From the NCBI GenBank assembly GCA_963795805.1, contig CAWCIV010000002.1, positions 138,917-202,916 on the forward strand: a stretch of DNA of 64,000 nucleotides, written 5' to 3'. Positions 7,362 to 18,346 of the stretch are shown here, one piece after another. Position numbers and translations under genes: made by a program. How positions within the stretch are numbered: the first letter of the stretch is position 1; each line of letters opens with the position of its first letter. The notes under the pieces are model-generated. The model was not told the DNA's origin, did no database searches, and saw only the letters and a list, made by a program, of their open reading frames with translations. Source of the stretch: an uncultured Chloroflexia bacterium (lineage in GTDB: Bacteria; Chloroflexota; Dormibacteria; CF-121).

Positions 7362-9567
7362 TCACCCGGTCCCGACCGGCGTAAAGGCCCCCGCTCCCGG
7401 AACCAGCTCGACGATCCCGCGAAGGCCGGCCAAAAGGACCTGGCAGGACTTCAGGCTGTTGAGCAGCGGCCGCGCCGGAAGCCCATCTCGACTGGGGCTG
7501 GCCACCTGGATGACGGCGAGACACGGCGGCGCGCTCACGTCCCAATCCGGTGGGCCGCCGGCCGTGAAGATCGCCGCCGGGAGCGTCGCCGAAAAGGCGT
7601 GCCACGGACTGTCCGGCGGGATCACGGCGAGAGCGGCATCCGCCGCCTGGATGGCCCAGCTGCGCCCATCACCGAGCGGGCTGAGCCGGACGCCGGCCAG
7701 GCTGAGCGTTGGCGCGCCGCTGGTGATGGGAATGCCGGCCGCGGTGGCTTGCTGGATCACATTCCGAAGGGTCGGCGTCCACGGATCGGGATCGGCCACG
7801 ATGATCTCCGCGATTCGGAAGCGGGCCAGGATGGCGGCCGCCGCGCCCACGTGGAGACGCCGGCCACCCGTGATGATCCAGGCGCGTAGCTCGCGGGCGG
7901 TCGGCGGGAGCGCGCGGCCGATCGACTGGGCGAACTTGTCGCCGTCGGGTCCACCATCGATCAGGACCTGCTCACCTCCTCCGCTGCGGACCAGCACTGC
8001 CGATCCGGTTCCGACGTCGAGGGCATAGACATGCACGCGGCCGTCGGGGCTGATCAGCAGCAGCGCCGCGGCCAGCAGCGTTGTGATCCCGAGCACCGCC
8101 CAGACCTTGCGCTGCCAGAGGAAGATTCGCAGCCTGATGCCGGCCAGGGCGCCGCCATTGAGGATGCCGGCGGCTGCCAGCCAGCGGGCCGGGAAGTACG
8201 GCATCACGATGGCGGCGGCCGGCAGCGACCCGCAAGCCTGAATGACCCCCCGGAACCAGGCCGCCACGCCCCCGGCGAGTTGCAACGCGGGCCAGCCGGC
8301 CGGAGCGAGGATGGCGCCAAGGATGGCCCCTCCGCCACCGATCACCATCATCAAGGGCAGCAGCGGAAGCACCAGCGCGTTGGCCAGCGGGGCCACGATT
8401 GACAACTGGTGGAAGTTCGCGAGCATCAACGGCCAGGTTGCCGCCTCGGCAGCGATGGTCGCCGCAAATGGGTCCCGCAGCACCGCGGGAATCCAACCGA
8501 GGCGCGCCGCGATGCCATCGGTGAAGGTGGCGATCCCGACCGTCCCACTGAAGGACAGCAGGAAGCTCACGTCACGGGCGAGGTCGGGCTTGAGGGCGAG
8601 CATGATCGCGGCCGTCAGCGCCAGGGAAAGGTAGACGTGCGTGTCGCGCCGGAACCGGCCGGCAATCACGACCAGCGCGCCCATGGCGGCGGCCCGCAGC
8701 GCGGCGGCCGACGCGCCGGCGAGCAGGGCATAGATGACGATCACGGTGAGGGCGATGACGGGGGCGGCGCGAGGAAGAACCCGTCCGACCGAGCCGGTGA
8801 TGATGCGCGCGAGCAGCGAGACCTTGAGGCCGGAAATCACGACGATATGAATCAGCCCGCTGGCGATCATGGCCTGCTCGAGTGCCGGAGGGAGCGCAGC
8901 CCGATACCCGAAGACGACGCCGAGCAACAGGGCAGCCTGCGGTTCGGGCAAGGCGCGGTCGACCGAGCCGATCACGGCATGCCTGGCGGCGAAGAGCGCC
9001 GTGTGAAACGGGTCGCCCGAATGCGCCATGTTCCGCACCAGTCGGGCGGACGGCATGACGCCGGCGATGCCCTGTTCGGCCAGGTAGGCCCGGTAATCGA
9101 ACTGGTCGAAGCGCGGCGGCGGCTCGAGCGGCCCCGCCAGCAGCACGAGGTCCCCGTAGTGGATCGGCACGCCGCCATAGACCATCGCCTGGATACGGAG
9201 GTTTTGCGCCGCGGCGAGGGACACCCCGAGGATGCGATCGACCCGAACGCTGATCCGGGTTGCGTTGTGTCGCGGCTGCGGGTCGTCATCCACCATGCCC
9301 GCTACCGACTGCGGAGCGCTCGAAAGCCCGGGAGGCAACGCGACCGTCGGCGCCACCTGGGCACGGCCGGCGCCGAGCACGAACGCCAGCGAGGTGACGA
9401 ACACGACCAGCATCAGCGCTGGCCGCGCGACCGAGACCGCGATGGCGGCCACCAGCAGCAGCGACCGCGAGCGCCAGCATCACCGGCCTCAGCACGACGA
9501 CGGCCATGATGCCCGCGCTCCAGGCGAGCAGAAGCAGCCCGAACGTCCACCAGGGCAGCCGTCTCAC
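7362..9567 (-). pseudogene. comEC: ComEC/Rec2 DNA-internalisation competence protein, frame-interrupted near its 5' end as printed
   Basis: The 696-aa ORF (7362-9452) has the polytopic ComEC core plus a C-terminal metallo-beta-lactamase-like region (YALDVGTGSAVLV). A TM-like N-terminus MRRLPWWTFGLLLLAWSAGIMAVVVLRPVMLALAV starts at 9567 in another frame, with ATGA overlap to the comEA stop. The frames join if one base near 9462 is skipped. Confidence 0.8.
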
Positions 9568-10163
9568 GGGATGGTCAGGGATTTGGCGAGCTGTTTGTAG
9601 AGCGCGGTGTCAAGGCCCAGCCCACTCTTCAGCTCGGTCAGGGACTGGAAGCCGCCGTTCGACTGCCTGAAGCCGATGATCGCATCCGCGATATCCGGGA
9701 GCATGCCCGGGACGCCGAGCAGCTGCTCGCGGGTGGCGGTGTTGATATCGAGCTTTGCCTTCTTTGCCGCCTTCGCGCAATGGCCGGCGAACGGCACGGC
9801 AATCTGCCTGGCATCCTTGAGGTGCGCGGCCAGGTTTGGCAGGCAACTCGGATCGGCGGCGCTGGAGATGCCACCGGCGGCAACGATCGCGTCCACGACC
9901 CGAAGCCCGGATGACAGCGTATAGAGACCCGGATTCAGGACCGCGCCGTTGACGTACACGATGACGGTGCGGTCCTGCGCCGTTTCCAGGTCGCCCGCCG
10001 AAATCGCGGCCGCCGCGAGGGGGCCCGCGCTCGCGCCGCGAGGCCAGAGCAGATAGGCACCGGTCAGGACGATGCCGCCGGCAAGCAGCAGCGCCAGCAT
10101 CCAGCTATGCCGGTAGAGCCCGGCTCGCAACGCCCCGCTGGTGCGCCACCACAAATCGGTCAT
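9564..10163 (-). CDS. comEA: ComEA DNA-binding competence protein (SLBB + helix-hairpin-helix)
   Basis: N-terminal TM segment. VYVNGAVLNPGLYTL is SLBB-like. C-terminal KLDINTATREQLLGVPGMLPDIADAIIGFRQSNGGFQSLTEL is the HhH motif. Confidence 0.85.
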   Translation of the reverse strand: MTDLWWRTSGALRAGLYRHSWMLALLLAGGIVLTGAYLLWPRGASAGPLAAAAISAGDLETAQDRTVIVYVNGAVLNPGLYTLSSGLRVVDAIVAAGGISSAADPSCLPNLAAHLKDARQIAVPFAGHCAKAAKKAKLDINTATREQLLGVPGMLPDIADAIIGFRQSNGGFQSLTELKSGLGLDTALYKQLAKSLTIP

Positions 10164-10221
10164 GTTGCGAACGCTAAACCCCTGGGCGCATGATCAGGGT
10201 GGCTCGGATCTGCGCCGCTCC

Positions 10222-12687
10222 CTAGGCGGTGACGAGATTGATCAGGCGATCGGCGACGAAGACGGCGTGGCTGACGGCTCGCCCTTCCAGGGCACGGGCA
10301 ACGTTGGCGCTTTGCAGCGCGCGCGCCCGGGCGTCGCTCTCGGCCGAGCCGGCCGGCAGCTCGATGCGATCCCGGAGTCGGCCATCGACCTGCACGACCA
10401 CCGTGACCATCGCGCGCTGCAGCTGCGCCGGGTCAGCCACAGGCCACGCACTGAAGGCACAGAGGGCCTCCCCGCCGAGGCGGTGCCAGAGTTCTTCGGC
10501 CAGGTGGGGCGCGAAGGGGGCCAGCAGCCGGGCGAGGTCGCGGCAGATGCCCTCCCACACCTCGTCGCGCGGGCCGCCGCCCTGGATGTAGTCCTGCATC
10601 AGGTTGGACAGCTCCATCAGCGCCGCAACGGCGGTGTTGAACCGGAACGAGTCGACGTCACGCGTGACCTTGTCGATCGTTTCGTGCAGCTTCCGAGTCA
10701 GCGCCGCCTGGGCGACCCCCGCCCCCACCGTCGCGCTGCCCTCGTCCTCCTCGCCCACCAGGAGGCGCCACACCCGGTTGAGAAAGCGCGCGACCCCATC
10801 CACGCCTCGGTCGTTCCATTCGGCGTCGAACTCGGGCGGGCCGATGAAAAGCTCGTAGACGCGGGCTGTGTCGGCGCCGTAGCGGGCGACCATGTCATCC
10901 GGGGCGATCCCGTTTCCCTTCGACTTTGCCATGACCGCGCCGTTGCGCTGGATCATTCCCTGCGAAAAGAGGGCCGCGAACGGTTCGTCGACCGAGACCA
11001 GGCCGGCGTCGAACAGGACTTTCATGAAAAACCGCGAGTAAAGCAGGTGGAGGATGGCGTGCTCGATGCCGCCGATGTACTGATCGACTGGCATCCAGAA
11101 GTCGGCCTTCGCCTTGTCGAATGGCTGCGACTGGTCGTGTGGACTCGTGTAGCGGAGGAAATACCAGGACGAGTCCACGAAGGTGTCCATGGTGTCCGTC
11201 TCGCGCCGCGCCGGCTTGCCGCAGCGCGGACAGGTGGCGTTGACGAACTCGCTGGTGTGCGCGAGCGGATTCTGGCCGTCCGACCGAAACTCGACGTTGG
11301 CGGGTAGCACGACCGGGAGCTGTTCATGCGGGACCGGAACGAGGCCATCATCCGGGCAATAGATGATGGGGATCGGGACACCCCAGTAGCGCTGGCGTGA
11401 GATCAACCAGTCGCGCAACCGGTAGGTGATCGTCCGCTTGCCGATCTGGCGTCGCTCGGCCTCGGCGATGATGGCGTCGATCGCCTCGCTGCTCCGCTGG
11501 CCGGTATAGGGTCCGGAGTCGACCATATAGCCGTCGGCCAAGCTCAGCTCCATCGGACTGGCGGGATGGCCCTGCGGCTCGGGCGTTGGGCTGACCACCT
11601 CGCGGATCGGGATCCCGAATTTCCGAGCAAATTCGAAGTCCCGGCTGTCGTTGCCAGGCACGCCCATGATGGCGCCCGTGCCGTAGGTTGCGAGGACGTA
11701 GTCGGCGACCCAGATCGGAACCCGATCGCCGTTGAAGGGGTTGACCGCAAAGGCGCCGGTGAAGACACCGGTCTTTTCATGCTCGGTCGAGAGGCGCTCG
11801 ATCTCGGTCTCGGCCTTGGTTCGCTCCAGGTAGGCGTCGACTTGCGATCGGTGCTCGTCAGTCACGACCCGCTCGGCCAGCGGGTGTTCGGGCGCGATCA
11901 CCATGAACGTGACGCCGTAGACCGTGTCGGGGCGGGTGGTGAAGACGCGCAGCGGTTCCTCGCCCTCGACCGGAAACTCCAGATCCGCGCCTTCGCTCCG
12001 GCCGATCCAGTTCGCCTGCATGACACGAACGCGGTCCGGCCAGCGGTCGAGCTTGGCGAGGTCGTCGAGCAACCGCTGGGCATATGCCGTGATCTTCAAG
12101 AACCATTGCTCGAGCTCTTTCTTCGTGGGCTTGGTGCCGCAGCGCCAACAGACGCCATTGACGATCTGTTCGTTGGCCAGCACCGTGTTGTCTTTCGGAC
12201 ACCAATTCACGGCTGCTTTGCGCTTGTAGGCGAGCCCCATCTCATAGAACTTGAGGAAGAGCCACTGGGTCCAGCGGTAGTAGTCGTCATTGCAGGTGGT
12301 GACCTCGCGATCCCAGGCGTACATCACGCCCATGATGTCGAGCTCGTGCTTCGAGATCGCGATGTTGGCTTCGGTCGAGACCCGTGGTGGGATGCCGCTC
12401 TTAATCGCTGCGTTCTCCGCCGGCAGCCCGAACGCATCCCAACCGAATGGATTCAGCACATTGAAGCCACGCATCACCTTGTAGCGGGCGATGGCATCAC
12501 CGATCACGTAATTTCGGAAGTGGCCCATATGCAACGGACCCGACGGGTAAGGAAACATGACGAGGTTGTAGAACTTCGGCTTGCCCGCATCCTCGGTAAC
12601 GCGGAAGAGCCCAGCCTGCTGCCACGCGGCACGCCACTTGGGCTCGATCAGCTGCGGATCGTAGACGGGGGCAATAGTTCTGGCCAT
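10222..12687 (-). CDS. leuS: Leucine--tRNA ligase
   Basis: Starts at [18 protein letters not shown] (ATG 12687). [12 protein letters not shown] (HIGH-type) and AKSKGNG (KMSKS-type). The 40 codons upstream in the ORF track are the translation of a tRNA gene. Confidence 0.95.
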   Translation of the reverse strand: MARTIAPVYDPQLIEPKWRAAWQQAGLFRVTEDAGKPKFYNLVMFPYPSGPLHMGHFRNYVIGDAIARYKVMRGFNVLNPFGWDAFGLPAENAAIKSGIPPRVSTEANIAISKHELDIMGVMYAWDREVTTCNDDYYRWTQWLFLKFYEMGLAYKRKAAVNWCPKDNTVLANEQIVNGVCWRCGTKPTKKELEQWFLKITAYAQRLLDDLAKLDRWPDRVRVMQANWIGRSEGADLEFPVEGEEPLRVFTTRPDTVYGVTFMVIAPEHPLAERVVTDEHRSQVDAYLERTKAETEIERLSTEHEKTGVFTGAFAVNPFNGDRVPIWVADYVLATYGTGAIMGVPGNDSRDFEFARKFGIPIREVVSPTPEPQGHPASPMELSLADGYMVDSGPYTGQRSSEAIDAIIAEAERRQIGKRTITYRLRDWLISRQRYWGVPIPIIYCPDDGLVPVPHEQLPVVLPANVEFRSDGQNPLAHTSEFVNATCPRCGKPARRETDTMDTFVDSSWYFLRYTSPHDQSQPFDKAKADFWMPVDQYIGGIEHAILHLLYSRFFMKVLFDAGLVSVDEPFAALFSQGMIQRNGAVMAKSKGNGIAPDDMVARYGADTARVYELFIGPPEFDAEWNDRGVDGVARFLNRVWRLLVGEEDEGSATVGAGVAQAALTRKLHETIDKVTRDVDSFRFNTAVAALMELSNLMQDYIQGGGPRDEVWEGICRDLARLLAPFAPHLAEELWHRLGGEALCAFSAWPVADPAQLQRAMVTVVVQVDGRLRDRIELPAGSAESDARARALQSANVARALEGRAVSHAVFVADRLINLVTA

Positions 12688-12700
12688 GTCAGTGATGGAA

Positions 12701-12776
12701 TGGTGGAGCCGACGAGATTCGAACTCGTGACCTATTGCATGCCATGCAATCGCGCTCCCAGCTGCGCCACGGCCCC
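12701..12776 (-). tRNA. tRNA-Ala (anticodon GGC), CCA encoded
   Basis: Reverse complement folds as GGGGCCG-TG-GCGC-AGCTGGGA-GCGC-G-ATTGC-ATGGCAT-GCAAT-AGGTC-ACGAG-TTCGAAT-CTCGT-CGGCTCC-A-CCA. The G3:U70 alanine identity pair is present. Confidence 0.9.
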
Positions 12777-12910
12777 ACATGCGCGGGTCGAGCGTCAAGT
12801 GTAGCAACTGCCCCGGGACAGTTCGTCCGGCCCATCAAGGTCCCTCTAGTATACACGCTTTTGTATCAGTGTCTCGACAAAATCCCGGGAGCTCCGCCAT
12901 ATGATGATGG

Positions 12911-13408
12911 GTGGGCATGCGACAGATGTGGGCGCCATGGCGCGGTGAGTTCATCACCGGGCCGAAACCCTCGGGTTGCTTCCTCTGCGAGGCGGCGGCC
13001 GCGCCGCCCGAGCGCGACGCCGAATTGCACATCCTGGCCCGGACGGCGTCGTCGCTAGCGCTCCTGAACCGGTATCCGTACAACAACGGCCACCTGATGG
13101 TCGCGCCCCGGGCGCACCTCGCCAGACTCCAGGACCTTCCGAGGGAGAGCGTCATCGATCTGACCCTGCTGACCCAGCGGGCGCTTCGGGCGCTCACGGC
13201 GAGCCTCAAACCCGAGGGCTTCAATGTTGGGGTCAACCAGGGCAAGGTGGCGGGCGCCGGGGTTGCCGACCACATCCACCAACACCTCGTCCCGCGCTGG
13301 AGTGGCGATACGAACTTCATGCCGGTCCTCAGCGACGTCAAGGTCATGAACGAGCATCTCGACGCCAGCTACCAGACGATTCGAAGGGGATTCGAGCAGG
13401 TACCGTAA
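12911..13408 (+). CDS. HIT-family nucleotide hydrolase/transferase
   Basis: WAPWRGEFI, LLNRYPYNNGHLMVAPRAH and the histidine triad HIHQHLVPRW. TATGAT (12900-12905) lies 5 nt before the GTG start, with no Shine-Dalgarno. Confidence 0.8.
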   Translation: MGMRQMWAPWRGEFITGPKPSGCFLCEAAAAPPERDAELHILARTASSLALLNRYPYNNGHLMVAPRAHLARLQDLPRESVIDLTLLTQRALRALTASLKPEGFNVGVNQGKVAGAGVADHIHQHLVPRWSGDTNFMPVLSDVKVMNEHLDASYQTIRRGFEQVP

Positions 13409-13492
13409 CGGCCAATGCAAGATACGAAGCGCTCTAATAGTCCGAAGGACGGATGATCCGAGCGACAACCGGTGCTACCGTCTTTCGTAGAT

Positions 13493-13753
13493 ATGCAATC
13501 ATCCCGGCGGCGCAGACGGCACGAACGGGGCCAGGCCCTGGTCGAATACGCCTTTCTCATGGTCCTGCTGGCAACGATTGGCGTCGCCGTAATCATCCTG
13601 GCAGGAAATCAACTCAAGAGCACGTTCAACGACGTGACGTTCGAATTGAATCATCTGACCGACACGACGATCGTTGGATCACCGACTTGTCCGGACGGGT
13701 CGCCGGCCATCTTAAGGGGGCATAAATACAAGTGCAACGGCCAGGACAACTGA
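13493..13753 (+). CDS. Flp/Fap-type (type IVb) prepilin with extended Cys-containing C-terminus
   Basis: MQSSRRRRRHERGQALVEYAFLMVLLATIGVAVIIL matches the Flp leader/G-xxxxEY processing motif plus hydrophobic helix. Tail CPDGSPAILRGHKYKCNGQDN. The ORF track start at 13472 is an alternative. Confidence 0.65.
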   Translation: MQSSRRRRRHERGQALVEYAFLMVLLATIGVAVIILAGNQLKSTFNDVTFELNHLTDTTIVGSPTCPDGSPAILRGHKYKCNGQDN

Positions 13754-13795
13754 TCGTCAGCCCCGAACCGGAGCGCGGCAGCCTCAATCGCGCTG

Positions 13796-14047
13796 ATGGC
13801 TAACCGCAAGGTCTGGAAGCGCGCGATCTATTCGATCGCCATGCTGAGCTACCTGTGCTCGTACCTCTTCTTCGGGCTGGCCGTCGCCGATGTCAGGCAG
13901 TCGGGCGGAGGCTTGACCGCCATCATCGACCTGCTGGTGGCGCTCTACTTCCTCGTCCAGGTGATCTTTCTGTTCGTGCTGTCGGGGGTCGTCGAACGCC
14001 GTCGCCAGAGCCAGCCGATCGGTTTTCCTGACCGCCGGGAAAGCTAA
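13796..14047 (+). CDS. Small two-TM membrane protein, hypothetical
   Basis: 83 aa with two hydrophobic segments (IYSIAMLSYLCSYLFFGLAVA; IIDLLVALYFLVQVIFLFVLSGVV). No recognisable family. Confidence 0.4.
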   Translation: MANRKVWKRAIYSIAMLSYLCSYLFFGLAVADVRQSGGGLTAIIDLLVALYFLVQVIFLFVLSGVVERRRQSQPIGFPDRRES

Positions 14048-14048
14048 G

Positions 14049-15209
14049 TCAGTTCAGCCGTTCGATGATCGTCGCGATCCCCATGCCGTACCCGATACAC
14101 ATCGTGCTCAGGCCGTAGCGGGCATCCTGGCGCTCGAGCTCGTGCAACATGGTCGTCAGCAGCCGCGCCCCACTCGCCCCGAGGGGATGACCGAGGGCAA
14201 TCGCGCCACCGTTGTAATTGACCTTCTCCATGTCCGCGCCGGTCTCGTGTTGCCAGGCGAGGACAACGGGGGCAAACGCCTCGTTCACCTCGAACAGATC
14301 GATATCTTTGATCTGCAGCCCGGCCTTCTTGAGCACCTTCGCCGTTGCCGGGATCGGGCCGGTCAGCATGATCGTCGGCTCCGAACCCACGATCGCCTGG
14401 GCCACGATCCGTGCGCGGGGCTTGAGGCCAAGCGCCTTTGCCTTCTCCGCGCTCATCACGAGCACCGCCGCGGCGCCATCGCTGATCTGGCTCGAGTTGC
14501 CGGCGGTCACCACGCCACCGTCTGCCTGGAAGGCAGGCTTCAGCTGCGCCATCTTCTCCCGTGACGGCGGAATACGAACACCCTCGTCCACATCGAACTG
14601 GTAGCTGGAGCCGTTCTGCTTGACCTCAACCGGGAAGATCTCGCGCTTGAAGCGACCTTCCTGGATCGCCTGCCCGGCCTTGACGTGACTCTGAAAGGCG
14701 AACTCGTCGAGCTGTTCCCGAGAAAAGCCCCACTTTTTGGCGATCATCTCGGCTGAGTTCCCCTGCGGGATGATCTCGAACAGGTCCATCAGCTTGGGGC
14801 TGACCGGTCCCTCGCCGGGCCCAGAGGCATCCGAGCCCATCGGGACGCGGGTCATGTTCTCGACGCCCGCTCCGATGACGATGTCCTGGGAGCCTGACAG
14901 GACGCCCTGGGCTGCGAAGTTCACCGCCTGTTGTCCCGAGCCGCAAAACCTGTTGACCGTCGTCCCGGGTACTTCGACCGGGAAGCCGGCGATCAGCACG
15001 GCGGCGCGGCCGATATTCATGCCCTGCTCGCCTGTCTGCGTGACGCAACCCACGATGACATCGTCAACCTGGGCGGGATCGACGCCGGCGCGATTCACGA
15101 CCTCACGGAGCGTCAGCGCCAGCAGATCGTCTGGCCGGACGGGACCGAGCTTGCCGCCACGGCGGCCGATCGCGGTGCGGACGGCGTCGACGATAACGGC
15201 TTCACTCAT
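14049..15209 (-). CDS. Acetyl-CoA C-acetyltransferase (thiolase)
   Basis: 386 aa. VNRFCGSGQQAV (active-site Cys), NEAFA, GGAIALGHPLGASGARL and CIGYGMG. Confidence 0.9.
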   Translation of the reverse strand: MSEAVIVDAVRTAIGRRGGKLGPVRPDDLLALTLREVVNRAGVDPAQVDDVIVGCVTQTGEQGMNIGRAAVLIAGFPVEVPGTTVNRFCGSGQQAVNFAAQGVLSGSQDIVIGAGVENMTRVPMGSDASGPGEGPVSPKLMDLFEIIPQGNSAEMIAKKWGFSREQLDEFAFQSHVKAGQAIQEGRFKREIFPVEVKQNGSSYQFDVDEGVRIPPSREKMAQLKPAFQADGGVVTAGNSSQISDGAAAVLVMSAEKAKALGLKPRARIVAQAIVGSEPTIMLTGPIPATAKVLKKAGLQIKDIDLFEVNEAFAPVVLAWQHETGADMEKVNYNGGAIALGHPLGASGARLLTTMLHELERQDARYGLSTMCIGYGMGIATIIERLN

Positions 15210-15333
15210 GGATACACTCCTTGCCTGGAAGCGGCGAACACGCCTCCCTCACCATTGTAAACTCGGCTATCCCGTAGAATATGCCGCGGCATGGACGGCA
15301 ACGGGTTGGCGCGCACGACGCGAAAGGACTAGT

Positions 15334-15429
15334 TTGGGTTCGGTTATCAAGAAGCGCCGCAAGAAAATGCGGAAGCACAAGCACAAGAAGATGCTGAAAG
15401 CCACCCGTTGGCAGCGCAGAACGAAGTAA
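15334..15429 (+). CDS. 30S ribosomal protein bS22 (AURKAIP1/COX24-like small basic protein)
   Basis: TTG start, then GSVIKKRRKKMRKHKHKKMLKATRWQRRTK*. This is near-identical in pattern to mycobacterial bS22 (MGSVIKKRRKRM...). AAAGGA lies upstream. Hidden inside the spurious ORF 14737-15429. TAGAAT -10-like box at 15275-15280. Confidence 0.75.
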   Translation: MGSVIKKRRKKMRKHKHKKMLKATRWQRRTK

Positions 15430-15430
15430 A

Positions 15431-15937
15431 TTAGCTGAGCAGCTTTTGGGTGATTAGCGCCCGGAGCTGCGCCGTGGAGGCCTCTCCTGGGTACCGGCCG
15501 ACGACGATACCCTTGCCGTTGACCAGGACGAACGACGGCGGCGCGTCCACCTCGTATCGGGCCGCGGAATTGCCGGCGTCGTCATACAGGCTTGGGAACG
15601 GAACCTTGAATTCGGCCGTAAAGGCTCGCGCCAGGGCCCGGTCGTGGTCCAGCATGTCAACGCCGACGAACTGAACGCCGGATGGCGCCATCTCGGCGGC
15701 CAGCGCGTTCAGCCCGGGTTGCTCGTGGCGGCAGGGCCCGCACCAGGCAGCCCAGAAGACCAGGACGGTCTTGTGCTGCTGAAAATCGACGGTAAGCGTC
15801 CCGCTGTCGAGCTTGCTACCGCTCAGTGCCGGCGCGACGTTCCCGACTCGCGCATTGGGCGCGACTGACGCGACGTTCGGCTGTAGCGTGCAGCCCGCCA
15901 TCAGCAGCGCGAGCGCCGCAACCAGCGTAGGGGACAC
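15431..15937 (-). CDS. TlpA/ResA-like thiol-disulfide oxidoreductase lipoprotein
   Basis: Lipobox-like LLMAGC. Thioredoxin motif WAAWCGPC. Confidence 0.8.
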   Translation of the reverse strand: MSPTLVAALALLMAGCTLQPNVASVAPNARVGNVAPALSGSKLDSGTLTVDFQQHKTVLVFWAAWCGPCRHEQPGLNALAAEMAPSGVQFVGVDMLDHDRALARAFTAEFKVPFPSLYDDAGNSAARYEVDAPPSFVLVNGKGIVVGRYPGEASTAQLRALITQKLLS

Positions 15938-15944
15938 GTGATTG

Positions 15945-18342
15945 CTAATTCACGGTCCCGGGTTGGCTGTCGCCGAGCGGCCGCCGGAATCCCAGCCCGG
16001 GACCAGCGGTCCGGGGTGTCGCGGGCAGGAGCGCCTTTTCGAAGACTTCACCGACATGCTTGACCATCACGAGGTCCATCGACTGCTTGACCTCGTCGGG
16101 CACTTCGTGCAGATCTTTTCGATTCTTCTCCGGCAAGATAAAGGTCGTTATCCCGGCGCGATGCGCGGCGAGAAGTTTCTCCTTGAGTCCCCCGATGGGT
16201 AGCACTCTCCCGCGGAGGGTGATCTCGCCCGTCATGGCCACATCGCGGCGGACCGGCCGGTCCGTCAGCACGGATACGATCGCCGTCGCCATGGTGATGC
16301 CCGCCGAGGGCCCGTCTTTCGGGATGGCGCCGGCCGGCACGTGAATATGGATGAAATGATCGTCGAAGAAGCCGGGCTTGATGCCAAGTTCGAGGGCATG
16401 CGCCCTGGCGTAGCTGACCGCGGCGCGGGCCGACTCTTCCATGACCTTGCCGATCTGACCCGTTAGCGAGAACTCACCGCGGCCCTGCATCGCGATCGCC
16501 TCGACGGTCATCACGTCGCCGCCGTATTCGCTGACGGCGACGCCGGTGGCGGCGCCGATCTGATCCTCCAGCTCGGCGATGCCGAACTCGAACCGCGACG
16601 GTCCGAGAAAGCCGACGAGGTCCTCGGGCGTGACCGTCACTTTTTCTACCTGACCTTCGGCGATGCGGCGCGGGATCTTGCGACAAATATTCGCGATCTC
16701 CCGATCAAGGTTTCGCACGCCCGCTTCGTGGGTGTATTCGCGGATCAGGAGCTTGAGCGCCGGGGCGCTGATCTCCAGGTTGTCCTCCGTCAGGCCGTGC
16801 TCGCGCAGCTGGCGAGGGATCAGGAAGCGCGTCGCGATATGCAGTTTTCTCGTCCTCGGTGTAACCGGGAAGCCGGATGATCTCCATGCGATCGCGCAGG
16901 GGCGGAATGATCGTGTCAACGACGTTTGCCGTCGTGATGAAGAGCACCTGCGAGAGGTCGTACGGGACTTCCAGATAGTGATCCGAGAAGTCTTTGTTCT
17001 GTTCGGGATCGAGGACCTCGAGCAGCGCCGAGGACGGATCCCCACGCCAGTCCGCGCCGACTTTATCGATTTCGTCGAGCATGAAGACCGGGTTTTTTGA
17101 GCCTGCGACTTTCATCTGTTGCAGCACGCGCCCGGGCATCGCGCCGATGTAGGTGCGCCGGTGCCCGCGGATCTCCGCCTCGTCATGGATTCCGCCCAGC
17201 GACAGGCGGACGAATTTACGGCCGAGCGCGCGGGCGATCGACTTCCCAAGGCTCGTCTTTCCAACCCCGGGCGGACCGACAAAGCACAGGATCGGTGATC
17301 GCAGCGTCTGCGAGCGCTGACGCACCGCCATGTATTCGAGGACGCGTTCCTTGATCTTCTCGACGCCATAGTGATCCTCATCGAGGACCGTCGCCGCGAC
17401 CGCGATGTCCCAGGTCTCGGCCGGCGAAGGACCCCAGGGCAGCGCCACCAACCAATCGACGTAGGTGCGGATGATGCCCACCTCCGGCGATGCGGCCGGA
17501 ATGCTCTGCATCCGATCGATCTCCTTGAGGGCCCGCTCTTTGACCTCGTCGGGCATCCCGGCCGACTCGACCTTCTCTCTGAGCTGCTGGAGGTCCGCGC
17601 CCTCCTCCTCCTCGCCCAGCTCTTTCCGGATCGCCTTCAGCTGCTCGCGGAGGATCTGGTCACGCTGGAGCTTGCCGATCGTGCTCTGGACCTCGTTCTG
17701 GATCTTGGCCTTCAGCTCGAGGATCTCGACCTGCTTGCTCAGAAACAGCGACAGGAGTCGCAAGCGTTCGAGCACATTGGGCATCTCCAGCATGTGCTGT
17801 TTCTGCTCCAGCGTCTGATCCGGGGCGGCCGACACGAGGTCAGCCAGGTAAACGGGATCATCGGTTTTGGCGACGGTGGTCGCAACCTCCGGCGCGACCG
17901 TGGCACCCGACTCCACGTACTTTTGATAGAGGCTTTTGACCGAGCGCATATGCGCTTCGAGCTCGAGGCCCGCGCCGACTTCGTCCAGCACCGCTTCGAC
18001 CTCGACTTCGATGTAGGGGGTGAACTGGATGAACCGGACGATACGAGCGCGCTGTGATCCGGCAACCAGCATCTGCACCCCGGCCGGCGTCTGGCGCATC
18101 CCATTGATGTCGGCAATCGTTCCCATTCCGAACAGATCGGCTTCACCCGTCTCGTCCGTCTGCGGATCCTTCTGAGCGACCAGCAGGACTTGCTTGTCTT
18201 TCTCCATGGCGGAGGTGATGGCGGCGATCGAGGTGCGGCGACCGACGGAGAGCGGCACGATCAGCCTGGGGAACACGACATCATCGCGAAGGGGAACCAA
18301 CGGGATCCGGCGAAGCGCGCCTGGCTGCTCCGCGTCAGTCAC
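15945..18342 (-). pseudogene. lon: Lon protease (paralog 1), frame-interrupted as printed
   Basis: The N-domain + AAA+ part (GPPGVGKTS) is in ORF 16705-18411. The rest ([13 protein letters not shown]..., PKDGPSAGITMATAIVS, GGLKEKLLAAH) is in ORF 15945-17045. The two join as ...GYTEDEK|LHIATRFL if one base of the T4 run 16845-16848 is skipped. The likely start is GTG 18342, 4 nt after the ftsH stop. Confidence 0.85.
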
Positions 18343-18346
18343 GGCG

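Noticed and set aside
12688-12807. 40-codon N-terminal extension of leuS in the ORF track
   Set aside because: It is the translation of the tRNA-Ala gene (…EFESRRLHH… is the T-arm/acceptor) and starts at TTG. The conserved LeuRS N-terminus begins at Met 12687.
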